This document shows positions 25,177-33,765 of a DNA stretch of 34,431 nucleotides, in pieces. Within the stretch, counting starts at the first letter, position 1; each line of letters opens with the position of its first letter. Origin of the DNA: a virus (taxonomy: Duplodnaviria; Caudoviricetes); IMG/VR virus record IMGVR_UViG_3300011335_000220, positions 1-34,431 of that record; one strand, 5' to 3'. Position numbers and translations under genes: made by a program. Below the pieces are notes generated by a model. The model was not told where the DNA came from, made no database searches, and saw only the letters and a program-made list of their open reading frames with translations.

Positions 25177-26745
25177 TTAGGCTCCAGCCATCTTTAACAT
25201 TTCGGGAACCATCTCTGGGTTTTGTTCTGCAACCTGAGCGGCCTGTTGTTTAATCTGTTGGATGTTGTAATCACGCTCTGCTTTATCAAAGCGTAGGCTT
25301 ACAGGGATACCCAGCTTGTCACCAATATAATCAATAATTTCACCCATCTTAGGAGTTGCTTGTCCTTCTGGGCCAAACTGTTGAGCCATCTGTACAAACT
25401 GCACAACATTGGTTACATCTTCCATATTCTGAGCCATAGCCAATGGGGCAACTGGCGCAACCTTAACTTCAAGGCCGTTAACGCGTAATGGTAGATCGAT
25501 TAGTCCGCGGTCATCCATGACTTGCAAAATCTTGCTTACCAATGGAATCATTGTTTCATTAATCAATCGACCGAATGCAGAACCTAAGTTTTGGCTTAAC
25601 TCTTTCATACGCTCTACTACTTCTGTAGCAGATCTAGCAGACATATTGTCAGGAGGCAATGACTCATCTAGTAAGATGCGTTTAACATTCATGCGTAAGT
25701 CATTCATAATAATTTGAGACACATTGAAATCTCCGGCACGCGGCAATGGCCGTAATGACTCGCCTTGTGGGCCACCATTACGAGCAACAGGAATAATTGC
25801 TCCTGGTACGATTTTGACTGTGGCTGGATTTAGCACACCATCATCAGCCGCGGTATAAACGCCGGAGATAGCTAGAGATGCATTCTTAAGTACTAACTCA
25901 AGAGTCTTATTCAAAGTCTTGATATCAGGCAATGCAGTAATTAATGGGCCACGACCATAGATCTCGCCAGCAACTTTCATATAACGGCTGACAACCCAAG
26001 GGCTAACCTTGAGCCTACGAAATACCAACTCTTGTTTAGTCTCTTTGTGGATGACATAGTACATAAAGTCACCGCGCTTAACATCTAATACTGTAGCCTC
26101 AATTAGCTCTACATCTTCTGTAGGCTTTTGATCTATTTTAAGTTGTAGATCTGCTGGAATATTGGCATCTTTCCATTGCTGGGCAATTGCCTCACCTTTA
26201 ATACGCATACGGCGGTATACATTATCTACCTGGCCATTAGCGCCCTCTTCAAAAGCAACCAAGAACTGTGGCACAGGAATAAAGTTAATAGGGGTTGTGT
26301 CATCACCAGGCTGAACCATCATTACTGCGGTACCAACTGCGAGATCAAGCAAGAACTCACCCATAGCAATATCAAAATTAGATTGCTTAAGAGTTGCAAA
26401 CATTTTGTCTGCGTAGATATCAAGGGCGGCCGCGGCTTCCTGTCTGCGATCTGCTGGAATATCTGGGCCAGTTTCTAATCTGCACCATTTTCTTTGTGGT
26501 GGAAAGATGCCTGACTGTAGTCTATTGGCAAAGCGCTGAGTAGAGTTGATAGCAGTTGCATCAAATACTCTATTCATTTTCTTAGCGCCACCTACCTTAC
26601 CATCGTAATAGCCGTCATATAGATTTCTTTGTGGCAAAGCAAACTCATAGGCCTCATCATATAGGTCTCTAAAATCCTCTTTCTTACGCAAAGCAATATC
26701 ATGGCGCTTAAGGATATCGTTTGGAGTTAATTTCATATCAGCCAT
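25177..26745 (-). CDS. Portal (head-tail connector)
   Basis: VFDATAI, GEIYGRGP..ALPDIKTLN, SATEVVER T7-type portal motifs. Confidence 0.93.
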   Translation of the reverse strand: MADMKLTPNDILKRHDIALRKKEDFRDLYDEAYEFALPQRNLYDGYYDGKVGGAKKMNRVFDATAINSTQRFANRLQSGIFPPQRKWCRLETGPDIPADRRQEAAAALDIYADKMFATLKQSNFDIAMGEFLLDLAVGTAVMMVQPGDDTTPINFIPVPQFLVAFEEGANGQVDNVYRRMRIKGEAIAQQWKDANIPADLQLKIDQKPTEDVELIEATVLDVKRGDFMYYVIHKETKQELVFRRLKVSPWVVSRYMKVAGEIYGRGPLITALPDIKTLNKTLELVLKNASLAISGVYTAADDGVLNPATVKIVPGAIIPVARNGGPQGESLRPLPRAGDFNVSQIIMNDLRMNVKRILLDESLPPDNMSARSATEVVERMKELSQNLGSAFGRLINETMIPLVSKILQVMDDRGLIDLPLRVNGLEVKVAPVAPLAMAQNMEDVTNVVQFVQMAQQFGPEGQATPKMGEIIDYIGDKLGIPVSLRFDKAERDYNIQQIKQQAAQVAEQNPEMVPEMLKMAGA

Positions 26746-27194
26746 TAATCTGTTTCTTTCTCATCGGTAATAGGGCCGCCAACCAACCATGCATCACAAG
26801 TTCTAGTGCCAGCGCATTTAAAATGAAATAACTCGCAAAAACCTAAGTCAGCCGTTTCAATAACATCTTCATCATATCCAGACTCATCTTCTGGATTCTT
26901 AGATTCAATACCTTTAGTGATACAGTCGAGCATAAATGAGGTTTGAATAAATGCGGCACAGTTGCCACATCTCATGCCTTTAGCCTCTGCCTCAGTTGTA
27001 TTCCACTCAATAGATTTTTTTAACCAAAATACTTCATTGTTTTTTTCATCGTTAGGATTTGCTGGCCCATAGCCAACAAACTCAAATGCCCAATTGCGAT
27101 TTTTTAAATTATGCAAAACATCGTGAGTTGCCAAAGGACATTTGTAATTCTCGTCTGTATCTTCTGTTTCAGACATTAGGGGTCTTGTAGCCAT
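26745..27194 (-). CDS. Cys-rich acidic protein, HiPIP-like motif
   Basis: RCGNCAAF...GFCELF..KC....TCDAW; start 27194 avoids overlap with the upstream gene. Confidence 0.7.
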   Translation of the reverse strand: MATRPLMSETEDTDENYKCPLATHDVLHNLKNRNWAFEFVGYGPANPNDEKNNEVFWLKKSIEWNTTEAEAKGMRCGNCAAFIQTSFMLDCITKGIESKNPEDESGYDEDVIETADLGFCELFHFKCAGTRTCDAWLVGGPITDEKETD

Positions 27195-27195
27195 A

Positions 27196-27468
27196 TCAGT
27201 CTTTCTTATGAGTGTTGGCAAAGTTACGGGCGGCCTCTTTGCTACCAAAACCCCACGCTTGCAATGCTTTTTTTAATCTTGTTGGCTTGCCATTGTCATC
27301 AGTCAACGGCCCAGCCATACCACCAAAACGAGCGGCAAAAGATACTCTACGAGGATTAGTTCCAGACTTAACTGGTGCCTGTAAGTTGCCACCTTCTTTA
27401 CGCTCAAAATATTTGCGACCAGCCTCATTGAGACCGCCACCTGGATTCTGGTGTTTTTTAAGTGTCAT
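27196..27468 (-). CDS. Small basic protein (DUF6321-like)
   Basis: NPGGGLNEAGR, RRVSFAARFGGM, PTRLKKALQAWG; ATGA overlap. Confidence 0.75.
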   Translation of the reverse strand: MTLKKHQNPGGGLNEAGRKYFERKEGGNLQAPVKSGTNPRRVSFAARFGGMAGPLTDDNGKPTRLKKALQAWGFGSKEAARNFANTHKKD

Positions 27469-28049
27469 TCGTACCAACTCACAAGTAACTCAGCCTCATG
27501 GGCTACGCCATTTGTATTCTTTAACATGAATAAATATGTTGTTAAAGGTTTTAATACATACTGAAAAGAACTTTGAGATCCACCACCAGCTTTTTTACCA
27601 GATCCACCAGCAACAATTTCAGCATCTATTTCAGCGCCAGTAGTTGTTACTGTTGGATTAATCAATACGGCAGACTGACTGACAGTTGTCACATTTCTAT
27701 GGCGGTTAAGGGCAGTAAACGATGTGCCTCCAGTTACAGTTGCGCCTTCAAATACGCGCAACTCAGCATCACCTCCACAGGCCGCTTGCAATTGCATATG
27801 TGGAGTAACTCCACTAGCCCAAGCAATAGCAAAATACATAGTACCATCTGCTGGTAATTTATCTGTATATGGATATAGCTTATAAACATAGAAAGCATAC
27901 CCCTCATGCAAGCGTAAATGATTTACATCTGCGGTAGGAAAGGGTTTATCTGAACTTGTTAAATACTGAATACCATTGCGATCCACATAAGACGGGGATA
28001 CATGACGGGCTTTAGTATCAAGCGACTCGCGCTTAACTTCGATAGACAT
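27465..28049 (-). CDS. Hypothetical beta-rich, possibly virion, protein
   Basis: 194 aa, coupled at both ends within the late operon. Confidence 0.7.
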   Translation of the reverse strand: MSIEVKRESLDTKARHVSPSYVDRNGIQYLTSSDKPFPTADVNHLRLHEGYAFYVYKLYPYTDKLPADGTMYFAIAWASGVTPHMQLQAACGGDAELRVFEGATVTGGTSFTALNRHRNVTTVSQSAVLINPTVTTTGAEIDAEIVAGGSGKKAGGGSQSSFQYVLKPLTTYLFMLKNTNGVAHEAELLVSWYE

Positions 28050-28204
28050 TATTTGCTCTTAGGTTTCATAGCAGTTTTAGCCGCTTGCTTAAATGCATCA
28101 GCCGTAGGCGCGCCAGGAGCGCCAGGCTTACGCATCTTTTCCTTAGATCCTTCAGCAATGCGCTCACGCTTTGCATGAATATTTGCATAGAGACCTGATT
28201 TCAT
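28049..28204 (-). CDS. Small basic protein (51 aa, absent from the track)
   Basis: MKSGLYANIHAKRERIAEGSKEKMRKPGAPGAPTADAFKQAAKTA; coupled at both ends. Confidence 0.8.
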   Translation of the reverse strand: MKSGLYANIHAKRERIAEGSKEKMRKPGAPGAPTADAFKQAAKTAMKPKSK

Positions 28205-28353
28205 TTTTTAGTTGCCTGTTTAGCTTCGCTCATTGCAATAGCAACTGCTTGCTTTGGGTTCTTAACTACAGGGCCACCTTTGCCAGAATGTAAACCGCCA
28301 GCTTTATACTCGCGCATTACTGTTCCAACTTTCTTTTGGAATTTTTCTTTCAT
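28201..28353 (-). CDS. Small basic protein (DUF6496-like, 50 aa, absent from the track)
   Basis: KVGTVMREYKAGGLHSGKGGPVVKNPKQAVAIAMSEA. Confidence 0.8.
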   Translation of the reverse strand: MKEKFQKKVGTVMREYKAGGLHSGKGGPVVKNPKQAVAIAMSEAKQATKK

Positions 28354-28354
28354 C

Positions 28355-28591
28355 TTATCCAAGATTAGATCCTCCACCTAAAGTTTCTGAACCAGCCGCT
28401 GGATTTAAACGAGCATCAGAGAGCAATTGACGACCACGGCGGCGTGATGCACGCATACGAGCGCCTTCTTCTTCTTGCATTTTTGTTGCTTTGTTTTCTG
28501 ATTTTTGTGGCTCTGCTAATACATTATTAGCGGCGCGTTCGATTACTTCTTTTGGCCCTAAGCCAACTACTCTAGCAACTGTTCCACCCAT
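28355..28591 (-). CDS. Small putative virion protein, MGG paralog 2
   Basis: MGG start; RQLLSDARLNP..G..TLG. Confidence 0.7.
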   Translation of the reverse strand: MGGTVARVVGLGPKEVIERAANNVLAEPQKSENKATKMQEEEGARMRASRRRGRQLLSDARLNPAAGSETLGGGSNLG

Positions 28592-28593
28592 GA

Positions 28594-28839
28594 TTACATT
28601 ACTCCTGTTTTGTCAGATCCAAGAGTTTGTACTCCTGTCTCTGGAGTTAAACGAGTGTCAGATAAAAGCATCCGACTACCACCACGCAATCGCGCCTTCT
28701 GGCGTGCCGCATTCTGTTCAGCTAATAGACGCTTTTCGTCTGCCGCCTGTTGTTGCATTGCCGCAGTTTGAGCTTTAGTCTCAGCCGCCGCGCGCTCTGC
28801 TGGCCCTGTATCAGGTTTACCGCCAAATAATCCACCCAT
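28594..28839 (-). CDS. Small putative virion protein, MGG paralog 1
   Basis: MGGLFGG start; RMLLSDTRLTP..G..TLG. Confidence 0.72.
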   Translation of the reverse strand: MGGLFGGKPDTGPAERAAAETKAQTAAMQQQAADEKRLLAEQNAARQKARLRGGSRMLLSDTRLTPETGVQTLGSDKTGVM

Positions 28840-29334
28840 TTATAACCTCGTCATCAAATAAGAGTCAACTTTGTCTGGGCCGTATTTTTTCATTACGCAT
28901 TCAGTTTCAAAATGCAACGCTTTTGCATAACGAATAGCACGACTGTCATCAGTTCTAACTGTTATTTGCAATCTATGCAAGTGCAGATATCTCATAGCGA
29001 TATCGATAAACGATAAAGCACACTTAACCATTGTGGCCGGCATCTTTCTAGCCTGGTGATCGAACAACGCCCACATCTCACCGACTCCACCCCAAAACAA
29101 TATGACTCCAACAATAGCTACGGGTTTGCCATGATAGAAGATAGTGATAGCCGTACCAAGTTGAGCCTGACTATAGACCATATCTCGAATGCCATAACCT
29201 CTAGATACTGCTAATAACTCAGGTTGGTCAATATCCATCTGGTCAAAATGATCGATAACGAATGGCAAAGTAAACAACCCCTTGCGTTGATGCATTTGCT
29301 CATTTAATAATTCAAAAGGTATAGATATCTTCAT
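28840..29334 (-). CDS. GNAT-fold acyltransferase-like protein
   Basis: WGGVGEMWAL, LHRLQITVRTDDSRAIRYAKALHFETECVMKKYG (RimJ/RimL-like C-terminus). Confidence 0.75.
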   Translation of the reverse strand: MKISIPFELLNEQMHQRKGLFTLPFVIDHFDQMDIDQPELLAVSRGYGIRDMVYSQAQLGTAITIFYHGKPVAIVGVILFWGGVGEMWALFDHQARKMPATMVKCALSFIDIAMRYLHLHRLQITVRTDDSRAIRYAKALHFETECVMKKYGPDKVDSYLMTRL

Positions 29335-30890
29335 CGTCCAAATATATCAAAGTCACTATTAGCCACAGTCTGAGCAATAAAAGTCTTGGATGCACCTAGA
29401 CTACCCCTTGTCATACGCTTATATTCACCGCCACCAAGCAAAAGATACCCAAAGGCATCGCCCACATGGGAGTGTTCATTCTTATTTGGTGAATCCCTAA
29501 AGCGCTCTTGCCCTGATCCCACCGATACACGCTTAAAATGGTACCCACCAGCCAAGGATTTACGCAATAATTTGCATTTTGTGTCAACAATTAGTCCTGG
29601 CTTGCCGTTAATAAGTCTTTGCATGGGCGCGGCCGCTGACTCTCGGCGCACCTTAAAGTCATTAGATGGGGTAGGTTGAGCCTTTAGCCCTAGTGTTTTA
29701 AGAAAGTCAAAAGCGGTAACCTCATAAATTGCATCTCGTGCCATACCGGCTGGGTCACCCCATACAAGTACTTGCATATTGGGGTATCTAGCGTTGATTT
29801 CGGACACGAGTTGATGACCAAAACGCTCCAGACCCATATCAAAAGTAACAATCTCATCAAGGATTACCCACCTTCCATTTGGCAAGCGCTGACCAATCAC
29901 CGCCGCTGGGGTTAAACCAAAGTCCAGCCCTATTTGGAGCGGAACCGATGGATCAAGTTCAACCATACCAGACATAATGTTATCGTCATATTCCGGCCAA
30001 ACCGATTTACCTTCTTGAACATAGGTATATTTTCCCTCTGCATAGCATCTAATCCAATCTAGATTTTTACCCAATAGCATTTGCTGATAGTAGCCAGCCG
30101 GTAGGTTAGCCACATTCTCAGCTTTGTTGTTTATTTGCCACCATTTGCCAGACGCAAAGATACAGTCATTGGCCTCTGGGTTCTCCGGCAACTCATCTTT
30201 AGATATCTCTATTACGCCGCCAGGTTGTTTAAAGAACTTCCAGGCATACGCGCCCGTCATCTTTTCCTTCTCTGCTAGGCGGTACCACCAATGGTCATCG
30301 TCCATCGGATTGGTATCCATCCAGATACCATGCCAGGACGCGCCACCATCGCGCTTAGTGGGATATCGTCCTACTCGGTGGGTGAGTCCATCGATAACGG
30401 CCTTGGGTAGCTCACGCGCCTCGTTAACCCATGCGCCCGTCAATTCCAAAGAGAGTAACTTTCGTACATCTTTTGGTTGGTCAAGAGCTAAGAAGATAAC
30501 CTCGCAATCAATACCAGCCGCTCCCTCTCTACTTGGCAAGCGGATATGGTGCGTAATCGGTGGAGTGTGGAGCATTGGCCCAAAGGTGTTCTCTGGGAAT
30601 AGGTCTAGCCAGGTCTTAATTGTGGTAGTCTTTAGCTCAGGGTACGAGTTTCGTACGATAACAAAACGGCTATATCGGATGCCATCGATAGGGCTAGGCT
30701 TTTGCTGAATTGCTCTAATGAATACCTCAGCGGCGCAAGCGTATGACTTGCCGGATCCTACTGGCCCCATCATCCCACGCACGAATGCATTACTTGTTAA
30801 GAACTTGTATACCTCTGGGCTTTTAGAGAAGTCTAAATTCAGACCAGAGTCTGGTAACGCTTTAGAACTCATCTCTTTAGTTCTAGACAT
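29331..30890 (-). CDS. terL: Terminase large subunit
   Basis: GPVGSGKS Walker A, WVNEARE Walker B, DTNP, GLDFG nuclease, SHVGDAFGY. Confidence 0.95.
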   Translation of the reverse strand: MSRTKEMSSKALPDSGLNLDFSKSPEVYKFLTSNAFVRGMMGPVGSGKSYACAAEVFIRAIQQKPSPIDGIRYSRFVIVRNSYPELKTTTIKTWLDLFPENTFGPMLHTPPITHHIRLPSREGAAGIDCEVIFLALDQPKDVRKLLSLELTGAWVNEARELPKAVIDGLTHRVGRYPTKRDGGASWHGIWMDTNPMDDDHWWYRLAEKEKMTGAYAWKFFKQPGGVIEISKDELPENPEANDCIFASGKWWQINNKAENVANLPAGYYQQMLLGKNLDWIRCYAEGKYTYVQEGKSVWPEYDDNIMSGMVELDPSVPLQIGLDFGLTPAAVIGQRLPNGRWVILDEIVTFDMGLERFGHQLVSEINARYPNMQVLVWGDPAGMARDAIYEVTAFDFLKTLGLKAQPTPSNDFKVRRESAAAPMQRLINGKPGLIVDTKCKLLRKSLAGGYHFKRVSVGSGQERFRDSPNKNEHSHVGDAFGYLLLGGGEYKRMTRGSLGASKTFIAQTVANSDFDIFGR

Positions 30891-30918
30891 TGATTACCTT
30901 TTTAGTGATATTTTCATA

Positions 30919-30946
30919 AATATACTGTATAAACAACAATATGCAA
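30919..30946 (-). promoter_or_regulatory. Candidate terL/late-operon promoter
   Basis: TTGCAT-N16-TATATT in the AT-rich divergent gap. Confidence 0.45.
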
Positions 30947-30963
30947 AATATTTGAAAGAAAAT

Positions 30964-31920
30964 ATGGCTGGATATCATTTAACGGACGATCAGTTTATTG
31001 CTTCATGGCAAGAACTACAAAGTCCGACAGAGTTTTCAGAACTACATGGCCTAAATATCCGTAATGTCTTAAAACGCAGACGCGCTATTGAATCAAGATA
31101 TAACATGACCTTGCCGGTAAGATTTGAGCTTACCAAGATTATTAGAACTGACGAGACCCCAGGCAATGTTAGGCGCGGTACTCAGATGGAGAAAGGGCGC
31201 GTAGTCGTGTTCTCTGACGCTCACTTTTGGCCAGATGATTACACTACCGCCTACAAAGCGCTACTGATGATTATAAAAGAATTTAAGCCAAAGGTAGTCA
31301 TAGCTAACGGGGATGTATTTGACGGCTCCCAAGCGTCTAGGCATCCAAGGATAGGCTGGTCTAATACCCCATCAGTAAAAGAGGAGCTAGAGGCCTGTCA
31401 GGAGTTTATGGCTAATATTGAGAAAGCATCTAAGGGTGCTGAATTGATCTGGACGATGGGTAACCATGACGCTCGTTTTGAAACTTTTTTAGCCGCCCAA
31501 GTACCCCAGTATGAGGGTGTTAAGGGCATGACCCTTAAAGACCACTTCCCGATGTGGAAACCTTGTTGGTCTTATTGGGTAAATGACGATACAGTTATCA
31601 AGCACCGCTGGAAAAGTTCGTTCGGGGCTGGTAGAGCCAATGCGCTGAATAGCGGCGTCAATATGGTAACGGGGCATACCCACAATCTAGCCGTACAACC
31701 TATCACCGATTACAACGGCACACGCTATGGAGTACAAACTGGAACTTTAGCGGATCCAAACGCAGAGCAATTTGTACATTACACAGAAGATGGTTGCAAG
31801 GACTGGCGCTCTGGAGGAGTTCTTTTGTCCTGGGATAAGGGCAGACTGTTATTGCCAGAGATTTTTCAAGTAAGCGGCGAGGATGAATTTGAGTTCAGAG
31901 GATGCATCAATAAAGTCTAG
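30964..31920 (+). CDS. Calcineurin-like metallophosphoesterase with an N-terminal HTH-like segment
   Basis: SDAH, NGDVFD, GNHD, KH, GHTH motifs; start 30964 avoids antisense overlap with terL. Confidence 0.88.
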   Translation: MAGYHLTDDQFIASWQELQSPTEFSELHGLNIRNVLKRRRAIESRYNMTLPVRFELTKIIRTDETPGNVRRGTQMEKGRVVVFSDAHFWPDDYTTAYKALLMIIKEFKPKVVIANGDVFDGSQASRHPRIGWSNTPSVKEELEACQEFMANIEKASKGAELIWTMGNHDARFETFLAAQVPQYEGVKGMTLKDHFPMWKPCWSYWVNDDTVIKHRWKSSFGAGRANALNSGVNMVTGHTHNLAVQPITDYNGTRYGVQTGTLADPNAEQFVHYTEDGCKDWRSGGVLLSWDKGRLLLPEIFQVSGEDEFEFRGCINKV

Positions 31921-31931
31921 CGCATGATGGC

Positions 31932-32285
31932 ATGAAGATAACCCCAGAGGTTGTTCGCAACCTATACGCCTCTCTCTACTGTTGTTATCCATTTACTAAG
32001 TGGAGTATGCCCTTGCCAGAAGAGGTTGAGTTTATTGTGACTATAGATCCTGAGACTATGGGTACATATCTGTACGATACCGGGGAAAATTACGAGCATA
32101 CGATTACTGTCTCATCAGCCAGGTGCGGCCACTATTACACCTTGCTGACTACCCTAGCGCATGAGTGCGTCCACATGAGCTTTCATCGGCAAAAGGGCGA
32201 TAAATGGATGCAACATGGGAAGCCATTTAGAACTCGGTGCAAGATGGTAGCTAGTGAACTAGGGTTCGATCCGCTGGAATTGTAA
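31932..32285 (+). CDS. SprT-like zinc metallopeptidase
   Basis: TLAHECVH (HExxH) plus downstream HGKPF. Confidence 0.8.
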   Translation: MKITPEVVRNLYASLYCCYPFTKWSMPLPEEVEFIVTIDPETMGTYLYDTGENYEHTITVSSARCGHYYTLLTTLAHECVHMSFHRQKGDKWMQHGKPFRTRCKMVASELGFDPLEL

Positions 32286-32316
32286 AGTTTGATGCCTAGA
32301 AGTGCATGAAACTTTA
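32283..32316. terminator. Hairpin between convergent genes
   Basis: TAAAGTTT-G-ATGC...GCAT-G-AAACTTTA imperfect inverted repeat. Confidence 0.4.
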
Positions 32317-32370
32317 ATAAAAAATGTATCGTATATTAAACATTTATATAAGTTTTTGTATATTTTAAAA

Positions 32371-32613
32371 CTACAAAAAGGCACCCCAAGACCTAAGCGC
32401 CAATAACAGATATGTTACGATGCCGCAAAAATAGATCAAGGTTGCGGCCATCTCTACCACCAGCAACGGCAAGTCATCCTCCATATACCCAGCTATTGAC
32501 CAGAGCAATGACCCAATAAAGCCAACAAGGATATTAAGAGGGTAGATATTAAAGCTAGTAAGCGCAATCCCTACTAAGCATAGCGCGGTTCCATACCACT
32601 TTATTGTTTTCAT
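32371..32613 (-). CDS. Small 3-TM membrane protein; in-frame alternative start at 32700
   Basis: MKTIKWYGTALCLVGIALTSFNIYPLNI...; three hydrophobic segments. Confidence 0.7.
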   Translation of the reverse strand: MKTIKWYGTALCLVGIALTSFNIYPLNILVGFIGSLLWSIAGYMEDDLPLLVVEMAATLIYFCGIVTYLLLALRSWGAFL

Positions 32614-32715
32614 TTTTCTTGTGCCTTTTTTAGTATTGAAACTAACATACTCACCAGCCATGTGGCTTGCAGTTCTATCAAAAGATTCATTTAGTTTCAT
32701 TTTTCTTGTACCTTT
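32608..32715 (-). repeat. 21-bp direct repeat pair (one mismatch), 87 bp apart
   Basis: AAAGGYACAAGAAAAATGAAA on the minus strand at 32608-32628 and 32695-32715. Confidence 0.8.
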
Positions 32716-32759
32716 CCAGGTATAAGTTTTCTTTTGCGCCATAGGCTTTTCTTATTCAT
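32697..32759 (-). CDS. 20-aa basic micro-ORF
   Basis: MNKKSLWRKRKLIPGKVQEK; ATGA overlaps at both ends. Confidence 0.45.
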   Translation of the reverse strand: MNKKSLWRKRKLIPGKVQEK

Positions 32760-32986
32760 TTGATCCTCTTGGCTATTTCGCGCTCGATGTACCATTTGGC
32801 CTTACGCAGATCCTCTATGGCATCGTGTTTTTCATCAGCACGCCAAATATACTTCATGGCGTTACCAAGGCAAAACCCCATATGCTCTGTAATCGCAATA
32901 CACTCAACGCCGGATGAGTGGCTGGTGTAGTGCTTGGGGTGGTTGACCGCGTCATGCTGGGGGTTGTTAGGTTCAAAGTGACTCAT
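32756..32986 (-). CDS. DUF3310 (SaV-like) protein
   Basis: DAVNHPKHY...ECI...GFCLGNAMKYIWRA...EDLRKAKWY. Confidence 0.88.
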   Translation of the reverse strand: MSHFEPNNPQHDAVNHPKHYTSHSSGVECIAITEHMGFCLGNAMKYIWRADEKHDAIEDLRKAKWYIEREIAKRIK

Positions 32987-33057
32987 CTTTTATTTTTCTT
33001 TCTCTCTGCTATTTCACGCTGGAGAATATGCCAGAACGGCGATTTAATAATCTTCAT
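32983..33057 (-). CDS. 24-aa micro-ORF
   Basis: MKIIKSPFWHILQREIAERKKNKR; ATGA overlaps at both ends. Confidence 0.55.
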   Translation of the reverse strand: MKIIKSPFWHILQREIAERKKNKR

Positions 33058-33254
33058 TCGCCCCACCGATCGCCAATACCATTCATTCGTGGGTTTGTAA
33101 TATCATCCATCACGATATCGTCTTGCTCAAAGTCAGGATCAATCTCAACTAAGCCAGCAAACGGAATAGGCTCCTCGTAGCTGGCCCCAGAGTCAACGAT
33201 TACTGTGGGCGTGTTTTGGGCTTTCTTGCGGTCATCGGTGGTAAATGTAGTCAC
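33054..33254 (-). CDS. Small acidic hypothetical protein
   Basis: GGAG 6 nt before GTG 33254; MTTFTTDDRK. Confidence 0.65.
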   Translation of the reverse strand: MTTFTTDDRKKAQNTPTVIVDSGASYEEPIPFAGLVEIDPDFEQDDIVMDDITNPRMNGIGDRWGE

Positions 33255-33272
33255 ATTGTTCTCCAAGTTGTA

Positions 33273-33284
33273 AGCGATATCGCT
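33273..33284. promoter_or_regulatory. Palindromic operator, copy 2
   Basis: AGCGATATCGCT between the promoter and the RBS. Confidence 0.7.
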
Positions 33285-33292
33285 AAACCCCG

Positions 33293-33320
33293 ATATTAAT
33301 GACTACAAAATAAAAAGCAA
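33293..33320 (-). promoter_or_regulatory. Sigma70-type promoter of the accessory micro-gene operon
   Basis: TTGCTT-N16-TAATAT. Confidence 0.55.
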
Positions 33321-33336
33321 TAGCTATTGTTGTTTT

Positions 33337-33765
33337 TTAATCAACTTCTACATCTTGCACATCTGGTGGCCTGATATTGATGCCGATAACTGATGGCTTG
33401 TCTGACTCTTCTGGATTATCCAACAGGCCTGATGCTTTGGCCAGGAGGCGCAGTACGCCGACCTTGTCGTATAACTCCAACTCGACATTGCCATCTTTGT
33501 TTATCTTGATCGATTTAATGGCCTGTAGGGCGTGTTCTGGAATATCTTTGGATGCCTTGACCTGGATCTTGCCCTCTTCGTCCCATTCCATGATGTCTGT
33601 AATCTTCGTATTGGCCATACAGAGCAAAGAGTAGGCCACCGCCTCACGATTCTCTGTGATGGTGGCTGACCGCTCTAATCTTTTCTGTATAGACCGAATA
33701 CCACCCCAGTTTTGTAGGGATGGGATCTGGGCAGATACCTTAGACTTTGGCCTAGTTGTAGCCAT
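33337..33765 (-). CDS. terS: Terminase small subunit
   Basis: ANTKITDIMEW...AIKSIK...LELYDKVGVLRLLAK resembles TerS cores; upstream of terL. Confidence 0.75.
   Translation of the reverse strand: MATTRPKSKVSAQIPSLQNWGGIRSIQKRLERSATITENREAVAYSLLCMANTKITDIMEWDEEGKIQVKASKDIPEHALQAIKSIKINKDGNVELELYDKVGVLRLLAKASGLLDNPEESDKPSVIGINIRPPDVQDVEVD

Noticed and set aside
28996-29005. Partial operator AGCGATATCG
   Set aside because: Intragenic, incomplete palindrome, no associated promoter seen.
30923-30941. LexA/SOS box (TACTGTATAAACAACAATA)
   Set aside because: Left half fits but there is no CAG at the required CTG-N10-CAG spacing.
30718-30963. N-terminal extension of the phosphoesterase
   Set aside because: Antisense to the terL Walker A region and crosses the promoter gap.
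30891-32370. Invertible segment flipped by the serine recombinase
   Set aside because: Flanks share only a short AT-rich AAATATAC match; no convincing inverted repeat.
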